From contig OZ024740.1 in the NCBI GenBank assembly GCA_964016885.1, forward strand, positions 310,062,001-310,126,000: DNA of 64,000 nt, given 5' to 3'. How positions within the stretch are numbered: position 1 is the first letter of the stretch; every line of letters starts with the position of its first letter. Positions 11,546 to 24,996 of the stretch are shown here, piece after piece. The position numbers and the translations under genes are program-made. The notes below the pieces were generated by a model that was not told the origin of the DNA, ran no database searches, and was given only the letters and a program-made list of their open reading frames with translations. The DNA comes from Eledone cirrhosa. Its lineage: Eukaryota.

Positions 11546-14500
11546 GGTTGACACTCATTCTAGAAGTGGTAACACGAAATGATTACCCCTTGGCGGATAA
11601 GGATAAAACGCGACAAAATAAAGTAAATGTCTAATGATAAAATCTCATACCGGATCGGCCGTCACCCGGGTAAAAAAGGGCCGCGTCCCTCAGATAGGAA
11701 CCAGACTGGGGTCGAAAAATCAGCTAATGGTTCAAACCTTCCCATCACTTCGGAGCTGGAGACCTCCCATAACCGGAATACTCCTACTGTTGGCCCTCCA
11801 TGCTCACCACCAAGAAATCCAAAGAAAAAGAGAGAAAAATGGTCAAGGGAAGATAATAAAGAGGCTTTCTACACTGTCATGTACTACCCATCAAATACAT
11901 CGAATACAGAACAGACATATAACAACTGTAAAAAGAAACATCCCGAAAACAGAGGCTATATTGACAGTAACAAACTAGCCAATATACGAAGAAATATTGT
12001 AAGGAAAAAGTTACTAACTGATATAGAAATTGATCAGATCCAGCTATTAGCACAAGGTCAGCGAAGGGAAAATGAAACATGTGTCAGTGAAAACGAGGTA
12101 AACTGTAACACTTCGAATCCCAGGGTTGGGGCGGAATCACTGGCAATAGAACAAATTAAAGAAAGGATCGAAAAAGTGGAGGGAGTGCATGCTCAGGATG
12201 AAACTCCAAATGAAAATAATGAGATCGTAAATAACAAAGAAATGAATGAGAATAAACTTGCCAACTTGAAGGATGAAATTATGATCGAATGGATGAAAAT
12301 GAAAGAATCTGACATGGGGCAACGAGACACCCTCCCTAAGATCCAGAACTCCAAACAGAACCAACAGATAATACACAAGACTAACATAATTCTCAAAAAC
12401 ATTATCATCACAAACAAACTAAACATTACTGATTTAAATCATCTCTATTATGCATCGGCTAAAGTCACCACTCACTTATGTGGAGTGAAGATGAAAAAAC
12501 AAAGGAATTCCCACAAGAAATCTGCTTGGCAAGAGAACATCAATCGCCAAATAAACCTTCTCCGATCTGACATAGACATTTTAACAAACTATAAAGTAGG
12601 TGAACATGTTAAACAAACTAAACTTAGAAAATTGAAAAAAAAGTACAGTAAAAAATCAACATGTGACATAGACATGCTGATAGAAATAATCAAGCAAAAA
12701 GTGTCGGCCAAAGCTGCTCGTATAAGGCGCTTTGAAAAACGATCTAGATTCTATAAGGACAATAATATGTTCAAAAACAACCAAAGAAACTTTTACAGAA
12801 AAATTGGTAAGTCAACAATAACTGCTAAATCAATACCACCCAAGGAGGAAGTGCAAGAATTCTGGGAAAAGATCTGGGCCGAAGAAAAAGTTCATAACAT
12901 ACATGCCTCATGGATAGACAGACAAATGAAAGATACAGCTCACCTTGAGGAACAAATATGGGAAAATATAACAGTTGAACAGTTGCGCTTGGCTCTAAGA
13001 AAAACCAGCAAATGGAAATCCCCAGGAAAAGACAAAATACAAAACTTTTGGATAAATGCCTTCACAGAGTCTCATGAGCTGTTAGCCCAACTTTACAATG
13101 AAATAGTTAAGGAGCCAGAAAAGATACCATCATGGCTAGTTAACGGCATTACATTCCTGCTTCCGAAGAATGACGAGACAAACAATCCCAAAAATTACGG
13201 ACCGATAACTTGCTTGACCACAATGTATACAATTTTAACATCAGTGAATATACATATGACCACCTGATAACAAATGACCTATTTCCCATTGAGCAGAAAG
13301 GGTGTAAACGAGGCTCATATGGCTGTAAGGATCAGCTTCTGGTTAACAAAATGATACTGGAAGATTGTCATAATAGACACAAAAATCTATCGATTGCTTG
13401 GATAGATTATAAAGAAGCATTCGATAGTTTGCCACACAGTTGGATTGAAAAATGTTTAGAGATTTTCAAAATATCCCCCGTTGTGAGGAGGTTTTTGTCA
13501 TTCAGTATGAAGACATGGAAAACGACACTCCTTTTGAATAGTGAAACAAAATCACTGGAAGCTGGAGAAGTTAATATTAATTGTGGTTTTTCAGGGTGAC
13601 TCTTTATCACCGCTTTTATTCTGCATCACACTTATACCATTAAGTAAAATGCTCAATGAAACAAAACATAGGATATAAAGTCTATGACAAAACCATTAAT
13701 CACCTGTTCTACATGGATGACCTGAAACTATTTGCAAAAAATTATGAACAATTGCAAGGGCTATTATCCACTGTGGAGTAGTTCAGTGATGACATTAAAA
13801 TGGAGTTTGGACTAGATAATTGCGCCAAAGCAACGTTCACCAGAGGAAAGCTGCTGAAGAGTTCAGACATTAATCTTGATCGGGGGAACATGATAAGAGA
13901 ACTTGATCAAGAAAAAACTTACAAATATCTAGGTGTTTGTGAAGGAGACGGAATCAAGCACTCGACAATGAGGGAAAGGATAAGGAAGGAATCTTACCGC
14001 AGAGTAAGAGCAATCTTAAGAACGGAATTGAATGCAAGGAATAGGATCGATGCCATAAACACACTTGCCATACCAGTAGTAACATACAGTTACAATGTCA
14101 TCAACTGGTCAAGCACAGAGATCCGTAGGCTCGATACAAAAATTCGAAAATTCTTAACCATGCACAGAATGCATCACTCTAAGGCAGATATAGATAGAAT
14201 ATATCTCCCTAGGAAAGAAGGAGGACGTGGGTTAATCCAGTTAGACATTGCGTTGAAAACTGCAACAATTGGATTATCTACACATCTAAGGGAATCACAT
14301 GGTTGGATGATCAAACTCGTTTTGAAACACGAAAGTATCAAAAGATCATATTCCATTACAAAAGATGCACAAAGATACAGTAATGGACTACAAATTTCAG
14401 AAGTCCCATTTACTGCTGAAATGGAAAATACAGAAAAAGCAAAGCAGGTAAAAGTAACTGCAAAGAAAGAACTGCTACAGAAACTGGCTAAGAAATGGCA

Positions 14501-15420
14501 AGAAAAGCCTCTGTATGGAAAATACCCAGAGCGAGCTAACAATCCTGATGTTGACAAAACTTTAACCCATCAGTGGTTGGCATCCTCTGGACTGAAATCG
14601 GAGACTGAAGGACTGATTATATCAGCACAAGATCAGTATCTGCCAACAAAAAATTACCAAGCCAACATAATAAAAAATGGGTGCAGCCCATTATGCCGTG
14701 TATGCAAAAAACAACCAGAGACCATTGACCATATAATTTCAATGTGCAGTCCTATAGCTCCAACCGAATACCTAAACAGGCATGACAGAGCTGCACAATA
14801 CATACATTGGATAATGTGTAACCATTTTGACCTGCCCCATCAAAAGAATTGGTGGAAGCATCAACCACCTCCATACTTGAAAAAGATCACATCTCAATCT
14901 TGTGGAACTTTAGCATCCAAACAGACCGAAAAATAGATGCAAATAGACCTGATATAATATTGAAGGACTTTCAAAAGAGGGTATGCCTGCTAATTGATAT
15001 GTCTGTTCCAATAGACAAGAATGTATCTATAAAAACATTTGAAAAATTTAGCAAGTATAAGGACCTGGAGATAGAAATTGGAAAAATGTGGAAATTGAGA
15101 ACTAAAACAATACCAGTGGTTGTAGGCGCTCTGGGAATGATACCTAAGGGGTCTAATGATTACTTATCACAAATCCCAGGAAACCCGCGTATAGGAGAAA
15201 TACAAAAGATAGTACTAATGGGAACTGCCCATATACTAAGGAAGATTCTGTCAATATAAGTACATCACAAGTCTAAACACTAAAGATGCATGTGTGAATA
15301 TGTATGTTCTTTCTTGAACATGGCGGACCTTGTTGTCTCTTGAGGTCCCTGCTTGTGACTTGGTGATAACTCGTATGAACATAAAGCAAGATAAATGCAA
15401 CTGTAATAATAATAATAATA
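11546..15420 (+). mobile_element. R4/Dong-like non-LTR retrotransposon with restriction-like endonuclease, family 1, near full length
   Basis: Single long ORF region, short 3' UTR and (TAA)n tail; 5' boundary approximate. Confidence 0.88.
11627..15259 (+). pseudogene. R4-clade ORF (N-terminal domain, RT, CCHC knuckle, RLE) with frameshifts and stops
   Basis: WKSPGKD, NYGPITCL, EQKGCKRGSYGCKDQLL, AWIDYKEAFDS, QGDSLSP, HLFYMDDLKL (~13710), GGRGL, CRVC..ETIDHIISMC, RHD, RPDII..LIDMSVP..EKFSKYKDL. Confidence 0.93.
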
Positions 15421-15500
15421 ATTGTTTCTACATTTGGTACAAGGCCAGCAAATACCCAGTACATTACTGGTACTTTATTTTATCGACCCCGTAAGGATGA
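15420..15500 (-). mobile_element. SINE 3' fragment
   Basis: TTGTTTCTAC..ACAAGGCCAG..TACTGGTACTTTATTTTATCGACCCC matches the other SINE copies. Confidence 0.65.
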
Positions 15501-16657
15501 TAATAATAATAATAATAATAATAATGAAATTATTGTGTACAGTGCTCAAATGTGAATATATAGTACATAGAATAATATACAAATGTCAGGGAAGTGAATA
15601 GTGTATGAGTCATGATATACATGTGTGTGTGTGTATGGAGGGGAATATTAGGTGTAGTTGTGGCGAATTTCAGGAAGCATGGGGGTGTTAAAAGATGCAG
15701 TATCTCGACAGCTAATAACTGATGCAGGGAGTTTGTTCCATGCTTCAGGAACTCTGAGCGTGAAACAATGTTTCCGAAAGTCATGGGAGCTGTGTTGTTT
15801 TCTGACTTTGTTGGCATGCCCACATGTGTTAGACACATGGAAATCAGAAAAGGTACTCACGGTTGTTGTTGGCAAGATGGTTAATAATTTTGTGGGTGTT
15901 TACCAAGTCAGTTGCCAGATCTCGGAGCTTCAATGTATCCATGCCTAGGGATGCAAGGCGTTTAGAGTATGGTAGATGCCTGGTGGAGGGTTTTCTCTTA
16001 GTTGCACGTCTCTGATCAGTTTCCAGGCGATCAATGTTTTGGGCAAGATAGGAGTTCCAGACTGTGATGCAAATTCTAAGTGTGGCCGCAGCATAGCTAT
16101 CTACAGCTTTAAATAGATAGCTGGAGAGCGCCTGACAAAGGTCTTACGGAGTGATGCTAAGACCGCCTCAACCTTCTTGACAATTTTAGAGACGTGCTTC
16201 GCCCAACGCAAATCGCTGCTGACAGTAATGCCCAGGTCACGTTCACAAGAAGAGTTCTTGATATTAGCTTTGTGGGGGGAGTATGTGGACGCTGGGCTTT
16301 TACTCCCAAAATGCATGGCGGTACACTTGTCCACAGCCAGCGTGAGTTGCCAGTCCGTGATCCACTGTTGCATTGTGTCCAGGTCAGATTGCAGGCAAGA
16401 TCTATAGTGTTCAGGATATGTCCTTTTTATCTCCTGGTCCAGCTTAATGTCATCTGCCTATTTCAGTACTGTGGCATTCTTTAATCTATGTTATTAACAC
16501 ATGTCACAAACAAAAGGGGGCTAATAACAGTTCCCTGTGGTACACCAGATGACATCTCATACGGTGAGGAATGCTGTCCTAGAATCGTGACTACCTCTCT
16601 TCAACTGAGAATGAAGGACTTCAACCAGTTAAAAAGATAATCCTTCACACCCATTAC
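15500..16657 (-). mobile_element. CR1-clade LINE 3' fragment with (ATT)n tail
   Basis: GVPQGTVISPLLF, ADDIKL, QQWITDWQLTLAVDKC, ERDLGITVSSDLRWAKHV, RKHCFTLRVPEAWNKLP; tail ATTTCATTATTATT. Confidence 0.88.
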
Positions 16658-17019
16658 AGATATATACATATATTTATATATATATGAGCAAGTATTGCAC
16701 TAAGAAAAATATAAGCATCGACAAGAAAGGGAATAAGGAATTTATTTGCTTTAGTATATATTTCTGTGTTTATTAAATTGTCTACATATGCTGACTACAA
16801 TATATATTGATCAATCATATGCAATACTTTAATATTTATCACACTTCTTCAGAAAGTTTATAATTATTTGCCGGCGTGACTATCCACCTCGAGTTAAAAT
16901 TCAAGAATGAGAAGTCGTATTTTTGTTTAAGAAAATATAAAACAAGAATAAATCAAAATGACAATAGAAAATAGAATAAAATATAGAATAATTATGTAAT
17001 AAACAACATAAGATAATTA

Positions 17020-17080
17020 TTTCATTTACCAGTGGTTTCTTGAAAGCAAAAGAAATTTGCTTTCAGTAATCAGAATGAAA
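17020..17080 (-). ncRNA. Mirror hammerhead copy with core mutation (CUGAUUA, G8U)
   Basis: Opposite arm of the palindrome. Confidence 0.6.
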
Positions 17081-17094
17081 AAATCCTGGTGTTT

Positions 17095-17155
17095 TTTCAT
17101 TCTGATGAGTGAAAGCAAATTTCTTTTGCTTTCAAGAAACCACTGGTAAATGAAA
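17095..17155 (+). ncRNA. Type I hammerhead ribozyme, intact core, GUA cleavage after 17148
   Basis: Stem I UUUCAUU/AAUGAAA; CUGAUGA; stem II UGAAAGCAAA/UUUGCUUUCA; GAAA; stem III CC-acu-GG; UA. Confidence 0.85.
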
Positions 17156-17579
17156 TAATTATCTTATGTTGTTTATTACATAACTATTAAGCTCTGTAAG
17201 CTACATAGAGCACTCTTTTTTCCTGGACTTTTCCGACGGAATTACTTCATTCAATACAGAATATATAAGTTAGTGTGATGGTAGAAAGAGTTAGGTAGAG
17301 AGGGTATTATCAATCTGTGTCTTGTGATGTGGATAATTCTCCTTTGATCATTGGTATGGTCAAGAGGATAGAGAGGGTATAAAGAGAAGGACAGAAAAGG
17401 TCAGGGTAGAAGTTAAGAGTGGGATAGAATGAAGAGGGAGGGAAAGGAACTAAGAAATTGAGAATGTTTTGAAGATTGCTGAATTCTTTGGGTAGCTGTG
17501 AAAAGTTCAAATGCCACAGAAAATGTACTAAATAGGATGTAGTAAAATATTGGTATTAGGGATCGAATCTTGTTATAGT

Positions 17580-17830
17580 CCAGTTTGTATATAGCCGAGG
17601 TTTTAAGAACCTTGTGTGTGCAATTAAATACCTTATAATGCTGGGAATTTTAAAGGTCCTGTCCGGTCGCTATTTCAATTACCTCCGCCAGACATACTTC
17701 ACAGGGGTGGATTTCATTCCGGTATGGACGGGCGAATTTCACCACCGACCATTGTAGTATGTATTCAATATTAGAGCGCTTCAGATCCCATATTTTTTTC
17801 GCTTGCACCGTAGATCGAAACAAAATCTCA
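17580..17830 (-). mobile_element. Penelope-like GIY-YIG C-terminal remnant
   Basis: IWDLKRSNIEYILQWSVVKFARPY..CEVCLAEVIEI, homologous to the C-termini at 31514, 35800 and 39300. Confidence 0.75.
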
Positions 17831-17871
17831 TCTACCCTCACACACACACGCAAACACGCACACGCACACGC

Positions 17872-17973
<102 letters not shown>

Positions 17974-17977
17974 GTAG

Positions 17978-18100
17978 GTCCCGGGTTGAGTCGGGGATAA
18001 CCACAGTAAGTAAGGTACTCAATACTTGGCAGAGTAAATATTTTTTATTTTATAGAAGGAGCTTCTACAGGACTAGTACTGTTTCATTCAGATGAAATAT
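17978..18100 (-). repeat. Partial copy of the pLTR/HHR 3' half found at 41805-41920
   Basis: Reverse complement of GAAACAG..CCTGTAGAA..TATTGAGTACCTTACTTACTGTGGTTA..CAACCCGG. Confidence 0.75.
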
Positions 18101-18110
18101 ACATATATCA

Positions 18111-19053
18111 TGTTTGGATTAGGACTGACTCCCAGAAGTGAAATGTTACGTCAGTCACTGGTATGTAATGTCTGTATTATTTAGAGATATTGCATAACTC
18201 CTGTGAGTAACACTTGCTGATACAACTACTGACGTGGCAGGGAAACTACCGTTCGGGTATATTAATGATATCTACACTAAGCCTTTTATCTACTAATTAA
18301 CGGATAGTGATTACTCTGGGTTACAACTTAGCATTTAAAATATATAATTTGTGTAAATTAAATTCATCGTAGAGTAGATAGAGTAGATAGTGATCGAGCT
18401 AAACGGATTGTAAACGGATAGCTTCGTTAAACTGAATTTATATGATCTCCCGGGTCGCAGACCTGCATTTAATTGTACGTTAAGCACCGCGTTTTTCTGT
18501 TAGTTCGATTTGTACGTATTTTGCAACCCTGTTTTGTTATTCACATAATCCGTTTAACAGTTCTACCAATTATTTAGTTATTTGAAATTTACCGCCCAAA
18601 TAATTTTCCTCGTAACGGCTGATTTCAACTGTCCTCCATTTTAGAAAGGCATGTGATTCTGCCACATTATGAAAATGCTATCAGTATCACTGTGATGTAT
18701 TAGTTTGACTATGGCAGTCTTTAGGATAAAAGTTCCCGTTTGGATTAGGACTTAACTCCGGATGACAAAATGTTATGTCAGTCCTGGTTATGTAACATTT
18801 GCATGATTCCTGTGAGAAACATTTGCTGATGGAACTGCTGTCTTCATGATGTATGGTATGTGTACAGTTTGAATCTATTTACTTTACTCACACTAAGCCG
18901 TTTATTTACTAACTAATAAAGGATGTCCAATCTATTTTGCAAATATGTATTAAGAACTAGATATTTCAAAAAATTCATCAAGTGAGAAGATGGAGACCTA
19001 GCTAGACGGATTGTAAACGAATAGCTTGGTTAAATATAATTTATATGTCTACA
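18111..19053. repeat. Two diverged ~320-bp direct repeats (18111-18445 and 18739-19053)
   Basis: Shared TTTGGATTAGGACT, CCTGTGAG.AACA.TTGCTGAT, CACTAAGCC, GACGGATTGTAAACG.ATAGCTT. Confidence 0.75.
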
Positions 19054-19063
19054 TATAAATATA

Positions 19064-19145
<82 letters not shown>

Positions 19146-19149
<4 letters not shown>

Positions 19150-19316
19150 ATACTTGGGGAGGGTCATATTTGCGTAATATTGCCAGAATTAATAACAGAA
19201 CACACTCACTGTTTGGTTGGTTTTCGCTTCTCGCTGTCTTTTATATCTGTGATCTAACTTACTCGGTCCTCAATGTTGCCATTGACTGACCGACGGTCAA
19301 AAATAATACAGATACA
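19146..19316 (+). repeat. Short TG..CA element (solo-LTR-like), copy 2
   Basis: 171 bp, TGTTATAC..AGATACA, nearly identical to the reverse complement of 31041-31211; sits in (TA)n. Confidence 0.7.
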
Positions 19317-19381
19317 ATATATACTTATAAGTATATAAGTATGTATACGTACATACATATATGTATACAGACGTACAGTAG

Positions 19382-19427
<46 letters not shown>

Positions 19428-19573
19428 CATTCATGCACACATATATATATGTACGCATGGATTCACGGAACATTTATTATAATGCTCGGTGTGTTTGTAA
19501 ACAAACATCCCGAATTAAGCTGTACAGTGTCTAGCAACCATCGTTACTCATGTGTTCAACACTGACAAAGGAA

Positions 19574-19614
19574 CGCTGTACTAGTTTCAAGCTTATTAGC
19601 TATCGTCAGCAACG
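19574..19614 (-). ncRNA. Minimal type I hammerhead ribozyme, intact core, GUA
   Basis: CGUUG-CUGACGA-uAGCUaauaAGCUu-GAAA-CUAG-UA-CAGCG; palindromic CUAG in place of helix III. Confidence 0.85.
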
Positions 19615-19941
19615 TATACCTTCCTGCCAGATGGTTGAACGTCTGAAAGTATATACTTTCCTTATGCATATTTACGGCTGAGCAACCTAATTTGCATATC
19701 GAGTGAGTTAATCGGCCGGGGTACCGAAAACGATAAACGGAAAAAATGAAACGAAATTTTATTTCTCACTCTTAGTACGGCTGTTAATGAAATATAAGTA
19801 TGTATACGTACATACATATATGTATACAGACGTACAGTAGTATGTATATATATATATATATACATACATGCACACATATATATATATGTACGCATGGATT
19901 CACCGAACATGTATTATGCGTACATATATATATATGTATGC

Positions 19942-20044
<103 letters not shown>

Positions 20045-20106
20045 TAAGTATGTATACGTACATACATATATGTATACATACGTACAGTGGTATGTATATA
20101 CATACA

Positions 20107-20175
<69 letters not shown>

Positions 20176-20296
20176 GTATGGGTTTACAGAACATTTATGA
20201 TAATGCTCGGTTTGTTTGTAAACAAACAGCCCGAATTATTACCCGTACAGTGTTCGGCAACCATCGTTGCCCTTTTGTTCCACACTGACAATGGAA

Positions 20297-20337
20297 CGAT
20301 GATCTAGTTTCTAGCTTATTAGCTGTCATCAGCACTG
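20297..20337 (-). ncRNA. Minimal hammerhead copy, cleavage site degenerate
   Basis: CUGAUGA-cAGCUaauaAGCUa-GAAA-CUAG-AU-cauc. Confidence 0.6.
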
Positions 20338-20604
20338 TATACCTTCCTGTCAGTTGATTGAACGTTTGAAAGTATATACTTTCCTAATGCATATTAACGG
20401 CTGAGCAGCCTAATTTGCATATCCAGTGACTTAGTCGGCCGTGCGTACCGAAACCGATAAATGGAAAAAATAAAAATATCATTTCTCACTCTTAGTACGG
20501 CTGATACTTAAATATATGTATGTATACATATATGTATGTACATATATGTATGTACATATACAGACGTACTAAGTATCAGCTGTACTAAGAGTGAGAAATG
20601 AAAT

Positions 20605-20787
<183 letters not shown>

Positions 20788-22984
20788 TACACAAATATAT
20801 TCAGAAACGAAATATATTATATATATTAAATACTATTAAAGGAATAATGAAAGATAAATTATGTTTTTCACATGTTTTCAGTCAATTAATTAGTTTACCA
20901 ATAATATTTCTCAATCGGATTAATTGACGTTACGTGTGAAAATATTATTGAAATAAGACCACAATACCCATTTTATCTCTGATATTGCAAATATTTATGT
21001 TGGTTTGAACGACACCCATTAAGAATTCATCTGATAAACATACTGGCATATTATATATAATAACACTTGTAATTTCTGACAGTTTTAAAGAGACATTAAG
21101 ACCCTCTTAAAATTACACCACAATCAATGCAAAATGCATCATCCATCACAGATCATCCATCTTCAGATGAATCCATTCATTCGAATCCATTCTTGTCCTG
21201 AGCTTTCCATACATTCGTAGTCACAATGTATTTTCTTCTTTTCACTAATCCATTAAATGGAAGACAAATGCATAGAGGATATATAATGACTTAAATGTGT
21301 AAATATTTCACCAATCGCTCGCATACATAGAGAAAATTGTAACATCAATTATAATTTTACATCTCTACTTCTGATGTGCTATCGACATTAACTGCAGCAT
21401 CAACACTATTTCTCCCTTGTGATTGTCAAAAGAATGAATAATATATTATACATGAATTAAAATGTGGCGCGTATAACATCAATGCTTGTAGAAAAGTCAC
21501 AATCAATCAATATTCCATCGATTGATAAACAAATTATATAAAGAGAGCATATTCATTAAGAATCCAATGACACGTATATATTCCTTCACCGATTTAGAAA
21601 CCATTGTGTAGGAAACTTTTAATAACAAAATACATCATCGGAGACAGAAACCATCGACTGCCTACAAGCAGATCTCGTAAGATCTCGTAAGATCTCGTAA
21701 GATTAACTAGTGATGATTCATATAATTTTAAACCACTGGCAGATGTTCGTCAACATTTGATATTCCACATGCAATCATCTGGATACATACAAGAGGGTGA
21801 AGTTGGGGTTTATACGGGAGAAAATAGACAGTTCGAAGTCATAATGCAAATAATAGCAGAGTGAATGAAATCTTCAAGTTGTATGAATGTTCTTGATATT
21901 TTGATACATAATTCATAGACAATGATTACGTTGATTATTTAAATTTTGTCTTGGAGTTTATTCTGCATTGCGATTCTTTCATGGATATCTCTCGAACCCC
22001 TTTTCTAAAAAAGAGTTTGTTAGATGTGTCTTTGATCCAGTTCCATATAAAAAAAATGTTCTGATAATGAAAGTGTTCTCGTGTGCAATTAGAGGTTGGT
22101 GTGTTTAGTCACACCCTCAATCTCAGCAAATATACAAATCTTGCAAGGTCACCACCCAGCTTTCAAATGGTGTCATATTTTATTGCAGAGATTTATGTCC
22201 TGACCAAACTGAAATTACAGGCGATCCTTTTGTTTCAAGGCTAAATGGATTCACACCAAAACTGAAGAATTCTTTATTTTCCCTCACATTTCAACCAAAC
22301 TGGGTTGCTGAGCAGTACATGTGCAGAAGCTATCTGCATCTTTCTTTTTACAATCTTGATAAGGTTACGCCAAATCTTACTCTTTTCGCTTTGCCAGGCT
22401 GACCAATGAGCCTACATGGAAATTACTTCTAATCATTTAAAATCAGCAAGTTGACAGTTGCTTGCAATGACTCGTCCACTATTCTCTATATATTCGCCCC
22501 AAAACCTAAGCCCCAAACCACACTAACTTTCTATATCTCCACCCTCGCTCACACTATTTCTGTAACCTTCTCTAACTCTTTCTTTCCCTCTCGCTCCCTT
22601 TCTCTCTCACTCTTTTACTCTATTCCAATAATGGAAATATGCGAAAGTCGTGCCCATTTACCAGACGAGCAACATCTTTGAACTTACACATTATCGTCCA
22701 GCAATATCCCTATTCACACATCTCAGATAAAGGGAAAGAGTTATGGAGATCCAATGTGTTGGAGAATCCAACACATTCAACTCTCTCATTTTATCTCTTG
22801 TTCTCTCTCTCTCTCTCTTCCCTTCACACTTCTTCGTGAAGAAAAGTTCGGTATTTCTCGAGCTAGATTAATTATTGATATATTATCCTATGAGATTAAC
22901 TAATGGACTATCAGCCTTGAGAAATCTGATCGTCACTTCACCACTGTACACTTCTATCAAAATTGTTCCCCATATGAAACCATG

Positions 22985-23605
22985 GTAGGGAGATTTATAT
23001 ATCAACGATATTAAATAGAAAAAAATGGTTTGGTCTATCTTGTTTATACTCCCAAAATTAGAGTTCTTTCTCATTTAATTTTGATATAGAATATTGCTTC
23101 TCTGAGAGATTTCTTATATTGAAATGATTGGGTATTAGTAACTAATTAGCATTTAATTAATAATAAGCTGCTCCAAAATATGTCGAGCTGTACCAGGTGG
23201 TCTTTAGGATGCTATTTCTAGCGACATTATAAGCCTGTCAAGTATTCATATTACCTTAAGAGATTTGAGAACGTAACACTACACGTGCTATTATATCATC
23301 ATGCTGCCTCGGATTTGGAAACAGTAAGTATTATATCTTGTACCATTCCTCTTATACTTAATGAACTTTAAATCGCTTGAAGTGTCTGGCGGATTCTAAA
23401 ATTATTGGTGTTTCCAATAATAATTATTCTCCATATAGGGAGATCTATATATAAACGAAGTTATATGGAAAAATGTTTTCGTCGCTCTTATTTAAACTCC
23501 CAAGATTAAAGCTTTTTCTCATTTAATTTTAATATGTAATATGTTCTTTGAGAGATTTCCTTCATTGAGATATTTGGGTATTAGTGATTAATTAAGCTTT
23601 AATTA
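22985..23605. repeat. Diverged ~180-bp direct repeat pair (22985-23162 and 23436-23606)
   Basis: Shared TAGGGAGAT.TATATAT.AACGA, ACTCCCAA.ATTA, TTTCTCATTTAATTTT, GAGAGATTTC, TTGGGTATTAGT. Confidence 0.7.
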
Positions 23606-23617
23606 ATATATATATAT

Positions 23618-24328
23618 ATCCAAAATTAAGATAAATTAAATGAATTTAATCTAAATCGAAATTGTGGGTGTCATGTCATAATGGCAAGCGCCATACGCCT
23701 GGAAATAAGATCAAAGATAAATCCGAGCATTTTATAATAACTAGAAATTGATTAACATATAAATACACATGAATAATCACAGGAGATAATTTTTACACGC
23801 GTGTAACCACGCATAGCTAGTTTGGGTAATAATTAAATTTATACATTTAAGTATGATTAACCTTCCTTGTATATATCCCATTAAAGAAATATATTTCACC
23901 AATTAATCAGATGGTAAGTCACGGAAAATGGATATTATTGGATTGTCAGCAAGGAAGAATAATAATGTCCAGCTTCCATCCTTACACAACGAGTTTAAAT
24001 CCTCATCTGGCCGCTACCACGTGTTGCGTCTTCACATGATAGCAGTTTCGTTTCAGTGGCGTGAAATAGCAGTCAAATTCTGTTCAACAGAAATAGCTCT
24101 ACAATTAAGGAGCGGTATATATATATCTATATTCAAAATTAAGATAAATTAAATGAATTTAATCTAAATCGAAATAGTGGATGTCATGTCATAATGGCAT
24201 GCGCCGTATCGCCTGGAAATAAGCTCAAAGATAAATCCGAGCATTTTATAATAATATGGCGCATGCCATTATGACATAACACCCACAATTTCGATTTAGA
24301 TTAAATTCATTTAATTTATCTTAATTTT

Positions 24329-24384
<56 letters not shown>

Positions 24385-24785
24385 GGCTCCTTAATTGTAG
24401 AGCTATTTCTGTTGAAGAGAATTTGACTGCTATTTTTAGTTGTCGAATACCTATTCACGCCACTGAAACGAAACTGCTATCATGTGTAGACGCAACACGT
24501 GGTAGCAGCCAGATGAGGATTTAAACTCGTTGTGTAAGGATGGATAGCTAGACATTATTATTCTTCCTTGTTGACAATCCAATATTATCCCCTTTCCGTG
24601 ACTTACCATCTGATTAATTGGTGAAATATATTTGTTTAATGGGATATATACAAGGAAGGTTAATCATACTTAAAGGTATAAATTTAATTATTACCCAAAC
24701 TAGCTATACGTGGTTACACGCGTGTAAAATGTATCTCCTGTGATTATTCATGTATATTTATATGTTAATCAATTTCTAGTTATTA
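23618..24785. repeat. Fold-back structure A-B-A' / rc(A)-(TA)n-rc(B)
   Basis: A at 23618-23740 repeats at 24130-24253 and is inverted at 24256-24332; B at 23740-24116 is inverted at 24383-24785. Confidence 0.9.
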
Positions 24786-24954
24786 TATATATATATATAT
24801 ATAAAGAAATAGGATTTCGCTTCAAGCATAGCTTTATAAAATATGTATAAATATTTCGCATCTCCAAATAAATACAGTTTTAGGAAGCCGTAGCTATGCA
24901 AACACCGGGGGGCTAACGCCCTCTGGTGATGTCAAGCAGAAGCAAGGGGGACAA

Positions 24955-24996
24955 CCGTCTATACATTTCAGACTTAACTGGCGTTCGTCAGGACGG
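24955..24996 (-). ncRNA. Minimal type I hammerhead ribozyme (orphan)
   Basis: CCGUC-CUGACGA-(imperfect stem II)-GAAA-UGUA-UA-GACGG; lies in a ~120-bp unit also present at 42765-42881. Confidence 0.75.

Larger units (their letters stand above)
16987..17188. repeat. Near-perfect palindrome (~97-bp arms, 8-nt loop) with mirror HHR copies
   Basis: Arms are reverse complements with about 3 mismatches; loop TCCTGGTG at 17084-17091. Confidence 0.95.

Noticed and set aside
21669-21703. (GATCTCGTAA)x3 repeat
   Set aside because: Ordinary short tandem duplication
23630-23680. HHR-like TAAATGA-hairpin-GAAA in the fold-back unit
   Set aside because: Three core mismatches in all copies and no clean stem I
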